Source: Aliidongia sp. (lineage in GTDB: Bacteria > Pseudomonadota > Alphaproteobacteria > ATCC43930 > CGMCC-115725). From it: DNA of 64,000 nucleotides. Below, piece after piece: positions 1 to 9,641 of this stretch. The notes beneath the pieces were generated by a model, which was not told the origin of the DNA, searched no databases, and worked only from the letters and a program-made list of their open reading frames with translations. Position numbers and translations under genes: made by a program. How positions within the stretch are numbered: the stretch's first letter is position 1; every line of letters begins with the position of its first letter. The stretch lies in assembly GCA_035539155.1 (NCBI GenBank), contig DATLIZ010000041.1, positions 135,776 to 199,775 of the forward strand. Direction: 5' to 3'.

Positions 1-492
1 TTCTCGACGCTGCGCTTCAATTTCCGTGGGGTCGGCCGCAGTCAGGGGACCTTCTCGCGCGGCGAGGGAGAGCTGTCCGACGCCGCCTCGGCGCTCGATT
101 GGCTGCAGACCTACAATCAGAACGCCGCCGGCTGCTGGATCGGCGGCTTCTCGTTTGGCGCGTGGATCGGCATGCAGCTGCTGATGCGCCGGCCGGAGAT
201 CGACAGCTTCATCTCGGTGGCGCCGCCGGCCAGCATGTATGATTTCAGCTTCCTCGCCCCCTGCCCGTCCTCGGGCCTGATCGTGCATGGCGACCAGGAT
301 GAGATCGTCTCGGTCGAATCGGTGCAGAAGCTGGTCAACAAGCTGTCGCATCAACGCGACATCAAGATCGACTATAACATCACCAAGGGCGCCAACCACT
401 TCTTCACCGACCACATGCCGCAGCTCGAGCAGGCGATCTCGGACTATCTCGACGCCAACCTCGCGCGCACCCTCGACGCCCGTAATCGCTGA
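1..492 (+). CDS. alpha/beta-fold hydrolase (5' partial; gene starts upstream of window)
   Basis: Frame-1 ORF running in from the window edge to a TGA at 490-492. The partial protein has the alpha/beta-hydrolase look (HGDQDEIV, GANHFF C-terminal motifs) and matches the 172..492 ORF-track entry. Confidence 0.6.
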   Translation, partial: FSTLRFNFRGVGRSQGTFSRGEGELSDAASALDWLQTYNQNAAGCWIGGFSFGAWIGMQLLMRRPEIDSFISVAPPASMYDFSFLAPCPSSGLIVHGDQDEIVSVESVQKLVNKLSHQRDIKIDYNITKGANHFFTDHMPQLEQAISDYLDANLARTLDARNR

Positions 493-564
493 AGCCGGCC
501 AAACGAAAAGGTCGCTTGCATCTTTCGACGCAAGCGACCCGATATTGCTAGATTTCTCTGGAAC

Positions 565-2703
565 TTAAAGCTGCTTCAGGAACTCCACGATCGCCTGCTG
601 ATCGGCGGGCGGCAGCGACCTGAAACGCGCGATGACGGCACGAGCATCGCCTCGGTTGCTCTTCGCGATCGTGCTGCCATAGGCCGGGCAGATATCGGCC
701 TCACCATCGGGATATCTTACTCCGCCCAGGGCGCTGGGCGGTGCCGACGGAAGCGGACAGCCGCCGCCTTCGACATGCCGGCCCTTGTCGTCCGGCTCCG
801 GCAGATCATGCAACTCGATGGCCGCCCGCAGCGCGTCATCGACACTCTGCACGACGAGCGGTCCGTTATTCACCCTCGCATCCGAATAGACAGTGCTCGC
901 GGGTGTGCTTTCCTGGGTGAGGTTGCTGAGATAAACGCGGCCGTCATGCAGGAACGGCGGCCCGATCCGCCCGATACCCATCAGCGGTGCCGTCCGGAAC
1001 TCGCGTCCGTTGGCGATGCCGCTGTTCTGATGCGGCAACCCGTCGTCGGTCAGGCTTCGCGGCAGATCGAACGAGGGCCCGATGCTGCCGTCGGCACGCT
1101 GGCGGAAGGCGACCACGGGGAGCCTTGAGGTCGGTATGATCCGCTCGCCGTCGATGGACGGTCCCTGATGCAGCAGCAGGTCGGAGAATAGCGGCGCCCA
1201 GACATTGTTGACGTGACTGGTTCCCGTATCCGTGGGCAGCTGACCCGTCTGCGTCACCGGCATGTGGCATCCGGCGCAGTTGACCATGCGGTCCTTTTGA
1301 TTGATCGCATGATCATCGAGGCCGTCGCCACCCCTGGGCATACGTCCCTGAATCTCGCGATCGGCGAAGGCGACGAGGTCGACACCGAACAATTCGGCGC
1401 CGCGGCGCACGATCGCCTCCTCGGTTCCGGGACGGCCGGCGGTCTTTGGATTTGGCGAATTCAGGACCTTGAGGAGCTCGGGCCCGAATTCGGGTGGTGC
1501 CGTCAGTCGCAGCAGCGCGCGCAGGCTGATCGGGGTCGATTCCGGCACCTGCGGCGACGGAACGGAGCTCTGGCAGCCGGCGCGCTTGGAATTGACGAAG
1601 CTGACCAACTCGCTGTTATTAAGCGGGCTGGTGAAGCCGAGTTCGCCCTGCACGCCGCCAACGACGAACTGCAGCATGAACGGCCCCCCGGCACGCACGC
1701 CGAACCGGCCGACATGCATGGTCGGATCGCCGCCGACAAAGGCATTGTTCGATGTGTTCTCATTGTGCCGGCCAGCAATGCATTCCTTGCCGGCGCATTC
1801 GGGAAACAGATCCGAGACGTCGATCGAAGTGTTGATCGGCGTTTTCTCTTCATTCTCGTTGGAGATGATCTGGTCGTCCGTCACCGCTTCGATCAGCCCG
1901 CGCCCGATATAGGGCGGGCCGGACCGTTCGCCGATCGCCCGGCGAAACCCGGTCGGGCTCAGATGAGTGACTGGATCGACGCCCGCCGCAAGATTCGTAT
2001 CTTCGGAGAAGGGGGGCAGCGGGTCGGGCAAGCACCCGGGCAGCGACGGACGCGTGTGCTGGGTGGAATTGCTGGAGAAAGTGGTCAGACCGTCGATAGT
2101 GCCGGTCGAAGGCTGGATGTCGGTGAACACGGTGAAAGCCGCGGCCTTGCCGGTATTGGTCAGTGCATCGAGATTGTCGGCAGGGCGGCCGCCGCCCGTC
2201 GCCGGATTGAACCCGACGAAATTGAAATTGGTCGGCGTCGCGCGGGCGGCACGCGACACTTGGGAAGGGGTGCTGACGAGCTTGTCGGTCCCCGGCGCCC
2301 GCACCGCTTCGACCGAGTTCTCATGGCAGCCGAGACAGAAGGGCTGATTAGCGGCCGGGCCAAGTCCTTGGGCCGCGACATGGGGGGTCGTGAAGAAGGT
2401 CAATCCTTCCATCACTGCTTGGCGCTCGGCGGTGGAAGCGCTTGGATAAACGAGCGATTCCAAATCGGGCATGGTCAGCGGAAAGGAACCGACGACGCCG
2501 AACTGATCACGCGGAACACGTTCCACAGGACGTAGCTGAGCGGGATCGGTCGGCGTGGCGACGGGACTGAGGTTGGCAGCGGTTTGTGCCTCGGCGCGCG
2601 AGGCCGCGAGAATGCAGAGAGTCGAGATCGACCCGAGCAGCAAAGAATGCGCGACGATGCGAAAGGTTCTAGGAGTTGGCGAACATCTCCCTATTCTCAT
2701 CAT
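565..2703 (-). CDS. secreted di-heme c-type cytochrome, DUF1111-like di-heme oxidoreductase / putative peroxidase family
   Basis: The 739-aa ORF 565..2784 has two CXXCH heme-binding motifs (FCLGCHENS, NCAGCHMP) and an LMGIGR...FLHDGR motif. An internal MMRIGR start at 2703 gives a signal peptide (LLLGSISTLCILAASRAEA) and has an AAGGA RBS 7 nt upstream. Confidence 0.7.
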   Translation of the reverse strand: MMRIGRCSPTPRTFRIVAHSLLLGSISTLCILAASRAEAQTAANLSPVATPTDPAQLRPVERVPRDQFGVVGSFPLTMPDLESLVYPSASTAERQAVMEGLTFFTTPHVAAQGLGPAANQPFCLGCHENSVEAVRAPGTDKLVSTPSQVSRAARATPTNFNFVGFNPATGGGRPADNLDALTNTGKAAAFTVFTDIQPSTGTIDGLTTFSSNSTQHTRPSLPGCLPDPLPPFSEDTNLAAGVDPVTHLSPTGFRRAIGERSGPPYIGRGLIEAVTDDQIISNENEEKTPINTSIDVSDLFPECAGKECIAGRHNENTSNNAFVGGDPTMHVGRFGVRAGGPFMLQFVVGGVQGELGFTSPLNNSELVSFVNSKRAGCQSSVPSPQVPESTPISLRALLRLTAPPEFGPELLKVLNSPNPKTAGRPGTEEAIVRRGAELFGVDLVAFADREIQGRMPRGGDGLDDHAINQKDRMVNCAGCHMPVTQTGQLPTDTGTSHVNNVWAPLFSDLLLHQGPSIDGERIIPTSRLPVVAFRQRADGSIGPSFDLPRSLTDDGLPHQNSGIANGREFRTAPLMGIGRIGPPFLHDGRVYLSNLTQESTPASTVYSDARVNNGPLVVQSVDDALRAAIELHDLPEPDDKGRHVEGGGCPLPSAPPSALGGVRYPDGEADICPAYGSTIAKSNRGDARAVIARFRSLPPADQQAIVEFLKQL

Positions 2704-3020
2704 GACGATCCTTACTATAGTAACGGAGTTAATTGCGCCTGCTGTCGACGATGACCGAGGCGAGAAAAAGCTTGTAACGATCAAGCATGCCGATATTATT
2801 TCAGAACATGTGTTTTCTACTACGAATGTAACACACTATCATTTAGATGGTCGTCTAAATGGGGCAGAGATAAATTCCGGCCAAGACGAATTCCTAACAC
2901 CATCAAAGTTTTCCTCTGCACACATGCAAAAACACTCGACAACCTAGCTGTTGTCGAGGAGCAATCTAGAGTTGACCAAGTATGGGAGCGGCCGTAACAA
3001 GCCGCCCCCTTGAAGATCCT

Positions 3021-3595
3021 TTAGTCGGTTGCGCGGACGCGGCGACGGACGAAGCCCAGTCCGAAAAGGCCGCCGGCAAGGAGCGTCATGGTCCCCGCCT
3101 CCGGCACCGCCGCCGTCAAGATCCCGGCGCCGGGAGTCGATTCAAACGCGTAGTCGACGAGGGACGTGCCATCGATCTCGGCATAGCCGAAATGGATTCC
3201 GTCGCCGAGCGTAAAGGCCAGGCCGATGAAATCGTCGGCAGCCGAGAACGGAATCGCAGTCGCCTTCGGAAAGGCGGAGAAGCCGAAAAGCTCCCCTTTT
3301 CCGTCGATCGCGGCGCCGGCCTCGAAATCCGCGACCTGACCGAGGAAGCTGGTCACGAGGCCGGTGCCTGTCGTCGCAACCGCATCGGGCGGACCCCCGG
3401 CTGGGAAAGGGCGCTGAAGGTATAGCTGGCGGCGTCGTTGCCGAAACTGATGGTCGCCGGCGCAGACGCGAAGTCGGTATTCGCGGCGACGCTGATCACC
3501 GAAGCTTCCGACGCCGTGACGCTACCGGCCCAAAGCAGAGCCGCCATCGCCACCAGCCGCCCTGCCCGCCCGACATTGCGGGACGGCCCGGTCAT
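3021..3595 (-). pseudogene. PEP-CTERM sorting-domain protein, interrupted by an apparent 1-nt frameshift in a C5 homopolymer (3394-3398)
   Basis: ORF 3353..3595 encodes the signal-peptide N-terminus and ORF 3021..3356 encodes the C-terminus ending VPEAGTMTLLAGGLFGLGFVRRR, a PEP-CTERM motif plus TM helix plus Arg cluster. Adding one G to the GGGGG run on the coding strand joins the two frames into a single ~190-aa protein. Confidence 0.55.
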
Positions 3596-4473
3596 GCCCG
3601 CATGCCCTTCGGGAAGAACAGCCCTTGATTGGCGTTGACGGCACCGAAGGCGATGTTCTGGACCTGGCGGGTGCTGCGGGCGAAGGCGAGGCCGTTTTCA
3701 TCGGTCGGGACGATGTTGACCTTGCCGTCGAGGGTCACGCCCTGATCGTCGGCGGCACCCGACAGGCTGGCCCGAACGGCGGAGATCCGGTCGGTCACCT
3801 CGGCTTGGCCGGCTTGCAGCAGCAGCAGCCGCAATTCGGAGGCGTGGTAGGCTTCGATCGCCAGGATGCCGGTCGCCGCGGAAAGGATCTCCCGATTCTG
3901 AAACAGCGGCGCGGCGCCGTGATAGGCGGTAACACCGACATCCTCGAAAATGAAGCCGCCGACGAGGAAGTTCACCTCGCTGGCATAGGGATCGAAGCGC
4001 TCGCCCAGTCCCGCCGCCTGGAAGATCATGTTGAAGCTATGCTCGATATCGATATCCGGCTGCGACACGGCGCTGCTGCCGAGGATGGAGCGGATGAAGA
4101 GGACGTGGCCCAGTTCGTCCTCGGCGATCTCCTCGGCGATCTGCTGAATCGCCGTGCTCCTGAACTGCACCTTGCGCCCACCGGTGACTTTGCCGGGCGC
4201 GCCGCCCACGCCGGTCGTGTCCTTGGCGGGGATGCCGCGGCCGGTGACGGCCCGGAGGTAATACTCCGTCTCGAGATATTCGAGATTGAGGGCAAAGTTC
4301 AGAATATCCGCATCGGTCACCGCCGTGGTCGCCGTGTCCGCGGCAGCATTCCGCGTGCCGGCGAACATCGATCCACCGGCAGCCAAGGCACCGAGCGCGA
4401 AGGCGCTGGTGCCGGCACGCTGGAGCAACCCGCGCCGGTTCATGCCAAAATCTTCAGGGGGGAGTGTGGTCAT
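3592..4473 (-). CDS. ferritin-like domain protein with twin-arginine (Tat) signal
   Basis: ORF 3592..4506, with start chosen at MTTLPPEDFGMNRRGLLQRAGTSAFALGALA (RRxLL Tat motif). The LEYLETEYYL and ILAIEAYHASELR segments are typical of Ferritin_2-type (desiccation-associated) proteins. Confidence 0.7.
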   Translation of the reverse strand: MTTLPPEDFGMNRRGLLQRAGTSAFALGALAAGGSMFAGTRNAAADTATTAVTDADILNFALNLEYLETEYYLRAVTGRGIPAKDTTGVGGAPGKVTGGRKVQFRSTAIQQIAEEIAEDELGHVLFIRSILGSSAVSQPDIDIEHSFNMIFQAAGLGERFDPYASEVNFLVGGFIFEDVGVTAYHGAAPLFQNREILSAATGILAIEAYHASELRLLLLQAGQAEVTDRISAVRASLSGAADDQGVTLDGKVNIVPTDENGLAFARSTRQVQNIAFGAVNANQGLFFPKGMRA

Positions 4474-4789
4474 TTCGGAAGCCTCTCGTTTCAAGACGAA
4501 GAACACTTGCCTTGACGGAGATAGCGGACACCGATCGATTCGACAGAGAGAATGCGGTAAAGGTTTGTTGATTTGACAACAATAAATACTGAATAATTCC
4601 GCTTGAATCCTTTGATTTTCCGAAACGACCCAAGGGCCGCATATCGAAAATATACAGCCATGTCGCTCTTTTGCCTTCGTCGAACTGCCGGATCTTCATC
4701 GCACCGGCAGCGATCGGGCATCGGTTCGTCCGGCAAGGCGACGGTCTTTCGACCGTCGCCCGCTCGGCCGGGTACTCTAGCGATGCTGC

Positions 4790-6511
4790 CTAGGGCTGGT
4801 AGACGATGATCGTGTCCCAGAAGTCGCAATCATGGCGCGCACCGAACACCGCATTGGTGAAGGTGGCGAGGTTCGGCACATTTTCCGAAAGATATTCGGG
4901 CACGCCTTCCTTGCCGACGAAGCGCGGCCAGGGGGTATTCATGTTTCCGCCATTGGGATTGCCGCTTTTGGCGAAATTCGTCCAGGCGGCCACCAGCTCG
5001 TCGGACAAGGTGCTCTCCTGCGAGGTCAGCGCCGGCGACTGGCTCGCCCCCGAGACGCCGAGAATGCCGCCATGCCAGCCAGAGAACAGGAACTGGATGT
5101 CGATCGTGTGCGCCGCGAGCGGCGTGAAACCGGGCATCGGCGGATAGTAATAAGGCGCATTCTGATCGTTGAACTCATACTCGTAGACGGGCGTGCCGCC
5201 TGCCGTCCACAGAGCGTCGATATGACGGTTGCGGCAGGCGCCGGGATAGGTCGTGACCAGATCGTAGGTCGCTTGGGGGTTGGAGCCGGCTGGATATTTC
5301 GCCAGGACCTTGCCCGCCGTTCCGGCCGGATAGTTCGGGCCGCCCGGATATTCCGCCCCGCTATAGGCGGCCGTGACCGCGGCCACGTACTGTGCCTCCG
5401 TCATCGGCGTCTGCGGCGGACCCGTGAAATATTCCGTATTGCCGATACCGAAATTCCCCTCGTCCTGCACGTTCCCCGCAAGGATCGGCATATGGATGTA
5501 GGCGCCGCTCTTCCAGGCGGTATTCGGCGTTACGGGGATGACCGTGCCGTCGACCATCGGGCCGGTCACATACGGGCTGTTTGCATTGGCCGTGCCCTGG
5601 AGTTGCAGGATCTGCGCCGCCGAGAGGCTGCGAAGACAGGCCGCCGCCGATGCGTCCGTGCCGGGGCACCCGGCCGCCTGGGCGAACTTCCCGCCATTGG
5701 TCACGCCGGTCGATAGCGGCGGGAGCGACGACAAGGGCGAGCTTTCATAGATGGCCCTGTTGAAGAGCCCGACGCTGAGCGGCGAGATCATGTTGGCACC
5801 GGTATCCTGGGCACCGGCCGACTGGCCGCCGAGGGCGACGAGATCCGGATTGCCGCCGAACGCCGCCGCGTTGCGCTGTACCCAGCGGAGCACGGCCTGG
5901 ATGTCCATGATGCCGTAATTGGCGAAGTTGTGGCCCTCGGCATCAAGCGCGGGATGCGCCAGGAACCCGAACAGCCCCAACCGATAATTCAAGGTAACGA
6001 CAACGGTGGGCGTGCCCGCCGGCCCTCCCGTCGCTAGCTTGCTGCCGTCATAATCATTTGATTCGCCGTCGACATTGCCGCCGCCATGGATCCAGACCAG
6101 GACGGGCAGGCCCGCTTGCGGGCGGTGGCCGTTCCCGAGCTTGGTCGTGAAGACATTCAGATAGAGACAGTCCTCGGTGACGCTGGCCGGGCCAGCGAAA
6201 ACACCCAGCGTCGTGACTTGCGGGCAGGTATTCTCGAACGAAGTCGCATCCAGCACCCCCCGCCACCGCTCCACCGGCTGCGGCGGCTGCCAGCGCAGAT
6301 CGCCGACGGGCGGTGCCGCATACGGTATGCCCTTGAACTCATAAACACCGTTTACGAACGAACCCCGCACAGGCCCTTCGACGGTATTGACCTCGGGTCC
6401 GCCGCCTCGCGCCGCAGGATCCGCGGCGGCGTCCGCCGGCCGCGCTCCGAAAAGCGCAAGCGTTACGCAGACGAGCGTGCTCGCTGCGACAATCAGGCAT
6501 TGTCGTTTCAT
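4790..6511 (-). CDS. carboxylesterase type B (para-nitrobenzyl esterase-like), secreted
   Basis: ORF 4790..6631. Internal start MKRQCLIV (6511) is preceded by a GGAGG RBS and followed by a signal peptide. Type-B esterase motifs are present: GIPYAAPPVGDLRW, EDCLYLNVF, VWIHGGG, and GQSAG containing the catalytic Ser. Confidence 0.85.
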   Translation of the reverse strand: MKRQCLIVAASTLVCVTLALFGARPADAAADPAARGGGPEVNTVEGPVRGSFVNGVYEFKGIPYAAPPVGDLRWQPPQPVERWRGVLDATSFENTCPQVTTLGVFAGPASVTEDCLYLNVFTTKLGNGHRPQAGLPVLVWIHGGGNVDGESNDYDGSKLATGGPAGTPTVVVTLNYRLGLFGFLAHPALDAEGHNFANYGIMDIQAVLRWVQRNAAAFGGNPDLVALGGQSAGAQDTGANMISPLSVGLFNRAIYESSPLSSLPPLSTGVTNGGKFAQAAGCPGTDASAAACLRSLSAAQILQLQGTANANSPYVTGPMVDGTVIPVTPNTAWKSGAYIHMPILAGNVQDEGNFGIGNTEYFTGPPQTPMTEAQYVAAVTAAYSGAEYPGGPNYPAGTAGKVLAKYPAGSNPQATYDLVTTYPGACRNRHIDALWTAGGTPVYEYEFNDQNAPYYYPPMPGFTPLAAHTIDIQFLFSGWHGGILGVSGASQSPALTSQESTLSDELVAAWTNFAKSGNPNGGNMNTPWPRFVGKEGVPEYLSENVPNLATFTNAVFGARHDCDFWDTIIVYQP

Positions 6512-7110
6512 TCCATGCCTCCTAGTTGGTTTCGCTCCCTTGTCATCGGCGCCCTGCTGAGCAGGAGGGAGGAATGCACTTCTGCGGCGCTGGTAGGCTT
6601 TCCCTGCTGCATGCCGCACATTCCGCGGCACAACAAAGCGCTTATGGCTCGCTTAACGCGAACAGAATGAGAGATACCATCCGGATTGAATATTCATATT
6701 ATACTTTGGTAGTATAACGTGCATCAAATCCTTTAAAATTTTTTTGCGATTCGGGTCAGAATACTGAGATTCTCTTGATTCTGAGGCAAAAGTCTTTTTG
6801 GAATCTTTCTCAAAAACAACAAAATGAAGGAGTTATTTCCACCATACGGAAAACGACAAGATTTCTTTCTCGTTATCCGAGAGCAAGCATGGAGCCACCA
6901 TCCTCCGCAACGGCGAGAGGCGCAGCATCGTGCCGGCCAACGTCTCTTCAACGTGCCGGCCCGTTGGGAATCGCCGGAAGTCGAGCGCCTAGGCTAGTGG
7001 TGCGATGCTAATGGATGGTTCCCATCCGTTAGCTGAATTGCTGCACTATCTTATTGGTCTGGTGGTCAAATCTATCCAACACTTGGGAACCAGGCGTTAG
7101 ATTTTGAGCA

Positions 7111-8190
7111 CTAGGCTGCCGGCCGATCCAGCCGGCCGCCGGTCTGCGGCGCGCGCACGCCGGTCGTCCCCGGGAAGCTGAGCGGCAGCCCGGCCAGAGA
7201 GCGCACGGCTAGATACGCGAAGGCCTGCGCTTCGAGCGCGTCGCCGTCCCACCCCTCCGCTTCAACCGGCATCGGCGGCTGGCCCAGCTCCTCGGCCAAG
7301 GCCGCCATCAGCGCGGGATTGCGCCTGCCGCCGCCGGTGACCAGCCAGCGTTCGACCGGCACCGGGAAGTGCGCCGCCGCGCGCGCGATCGAGACGGCGG
7401 TCAGGCGCGTCAGCGTCGCCGCACCGTCCGCCGGCGACAGATGGTCGGGCACGAAGCCCGCGAACTCGTCGCGATCGAGCGATTTCGGCGGCGAATCCGC
7501 GAAATAGCGATGGGCGAGGCAGCGCTCGACGGCCGCCCGATCGACAGTACCGGCGCGGGCGAGCGCGCCGTCCTCGTCGACCGGGCGGCCGGTGTGGCGC
7601 AAGGCCCAATCGTCGATGAGGGCGTTGCCGGGGCCGGTATCGAAGGCAAGCATGCCGGTCTCGCCGATCCAGGTGACATTGGCGACGCCGCCGATATTGA
7701 GCACGGCCACCGGCTTCGGGCAGGTGCCGGCGAGCGCCCGATGATAGGCCGGCACCAGCGGCGCGCCCTCGCCGCCGGCGGCCACGTCGGCGGTGCGGAA
7801 ATCGGAGACGACCGGCACGCCGAGCAATCCTGCCAAAAGCGCGCCGTCGCCGATCTGCCAGGTCCGCCCGGCACGCGGCCGATGCAGTATGGTGTGGCCG
7901 TGGAAGCCCACGAGATCGGGCCGGCCGAGACCGTTATTCGCGATCAGCGCCTCGACCGCGGCCTCATGCAGCAGCGTCAACGCGCGCTCGACCTCTTGCA
8001 CCTCACCGCTTAACGCTTCGCTCCCCAGCACCGCGCGCAGGCGGCGGCGGAAATCCGCCTGATAGGGAATAGTCAGCGACGGCCCCGTGACCAGCCGGAG
8101 ATCGCCGTCGGTCTCGACCCAGGCCGCATCGATGCCGTCGAGCGAGGTGCCGCTCATCAGCCCGATCGCCCGCATCATGGAAAGCCCCAT
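7111..8190 (-). CDS. anmK: anhydro-N-acetylmuramic acid kinase
   Basis: N-terminal [12 protein letters not shown] signature, length 359 aa, and the conserved divergent arrangement with tyrS. Confidence 0.85.
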   Translation of the reverse strand: MGLSMMRAIGLMSGTSLDGIDAAWVETDGDLRLVTGPSLTIPYQADFRRRLRAVLGSEALSGEVQEVERALTLLHEAAVEALIANNGLGRPDLVGFHGHTILHRPRAGRTWQIGDGALLAGLLGVPVVSDFRTADVAAGGEGAPLVPAYHRALAGTCPKPVAVLNIGGVANVTWIGETGMLAFDTGPGNALIDDWALRHTGRPVDEDGALARAGTVDRAAVERCLAHRYFADSPPKSLDRDEFAGFVPDHLSPADGAATLTRLTAVSIARAAAHFPVPVERWLVTGGGRRNPALMAALAEELGQPPMPVEAEGWDGDALEAQAFAYLAVRSLAGLPLSFPGTTGVRAPQTGGRLDRPAA

Positions 8191-8272
8191 TGTCCAACCC
8201 TTTCTGGCCGCCCCGCCGCCATGCTACACAAGCGCCCCGGTATTGGCCCGCATTTCGATAGTTCGAGAGATC

Positions 8273-9532
8273 ATGACCCAGTTTCGTTCGCCGCTGCTGC
8301 GTAGCTTCGAGGAGCGCGGCTTTCTGCATCAATGCACCGATGCCGAAGGCCTCGACAAATTGGCGCTCGAAGGGCCGATCAGCGCCTATATCGGCTTCGA
8401 TGCGACGGCGGACAGCCTGCATGTCGGCAGCCTGGTCCAGATCATGACGCTGCGCCGGCTGCAGCAGGCCGGCCACCGGCCGATCGTGCTCATGGGCGGC
8501 GGCACCACCAAGGTCGGCGACCCGTCGGGCAAGGATGAGGGCCGGAGGCTGCTGTCGGACGAGGATATCGAGCGCAACATGGCCGGCATCCGCCGGGTGT
8601 TCGATCAGTACCTCACCTTCGGCGACGGCCCGACCGATGCCATCATGCTGAACAATGCCGACTGGCTCGACCAGCTCGACTACATCCCGTTCCTGCGGGA
8701 TTACGGGCGGCATTTTTCGGTCAACCGGATGCTGAGCTTCGACAGCATCAAGCTCCGGCTCGAACGCGAGCAGCCGCTGTCGTTCCTCGAATTCAACTAC
8801 ATGATCCTCCAGGCCTACGATTTCCTGGAGCTGGCGCGGCGCGAGCGATGCCGGCTGCAGCTCGGCGGCTCGGACCAATGGGGCAACATCGTCAACGGCG
8901 TCGAGCTGACCCGCCGGGTCGTGGGCACCGAGGTCTTCGGCTTCACCTCGCCGCTCATCACCACCGCGTCGGGCGCCAAGATGGGTAAGACCGCCGCCGG
9001 CGCCATCTGGCTCAACGAGGAGAGGCTGCCGAGCTACGATTTCTGGCAATTCTGGCGGAACACCGAGGATGACGATGTCGGCCGCTTCCTCAAGCTCTTC
9101 ACCGACCTGCCGCTGGACGAGATCGCCCGGCTGCAGGCGCTCGGCGGCGCCGAGATCAATGAGGCGAAGAAGATCCTCGCCAACGAGGTGACGGCGCTCG
9201 CCCACGGCCGTGCCGCCGCTGAGGCCGCGGCCGAGACGGCGCGGCGCGTGTTCGAGGAAGGGGCCCTCGGCGGCGCCCTGCCCTCGATCGAGGTCGCGCG
9301 CGCCGAGCTCGAAGCCGGCATCGGCGTGGTCGAGCTCATGGTCAGGGCCGGTCTCGCCAGCTCCAACGGCGAGGCCCGGCGTCTCATCAAGGGCGGCGGC
9401 GCACGGGTCAAGGACGTTCCCGTTAAAGACGAGCAGCAGCGGCTTTCGCTCGCCGATCTCGATGAGCAGGGGGTGGCCAAGCTGAGCGCCGGCCGCAAAC
9501 GTCACGCCCTTATCCGACTATCCGGCGGTTGA
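8273..9532 (+). CDS. tyrS: tyrosine--tRNA ligase
   Basis: MTQFRSPLL start inside ORF 8087..9532. Class I aaRS motifs are present, including the KMGKT (KMSKS-type) loop and a C-terminal S4-like domain; about 420 aa. Confidence 0.95.
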   Translation: MTQFRSPLLRSFEERGFLHQCTDAEGLDKLALEGPISAYIGFDATADSLHVGSLVQIMTLRRLQQAGHRPIVLMGGGTTKVGDPSGKDEGRRLLSDEDIERNMAGIRRVFDQYLTFGDGPTDAIMLNNADWLDQLDYIPFLRDYGRHFSVNRMLSFDSIKLRLEREQPLSFLEFNYMILQAYDFLELARRERCRLQLGGSDQWGNIVNGVELTRRVVGTEVFGFTSPLITTASGAKMGKTAAGAIWLNEERLPSYDFWQFWRNTEDDDVGRFLKLFTDLPLDEIARLQALGGAEINEAKKILANEVTALAHGRAAAEAAAETARRVFEEGALGGALPSIEVARAELEAGIGVVELMVRAGLASSNGEARRLIKGGGARVKDVPVKDEQQRLSLADLDEQGVAKLSAGRKRHALIRLSGG

Positions 9533-9641
9533 GGCTTCACAAACGGCAACATCTTTCATAATTATTGAACCGAATTGCAGCGAGACTGTCGTTTCGCGCA
9601 GTGAGGCTCGGGCAAGGCTGTCGTAAGGTATCCCGGGCAGC

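Noticed and set aside
7013-7027. GGATGG-TTC-CCATCC hairpin as intrinsic terminator of anmK
   Set aside because: The stem is short and is not followed by a U-tract on the anmK strand, so it is kept only as a structural note inside the AT-rich gap finding.
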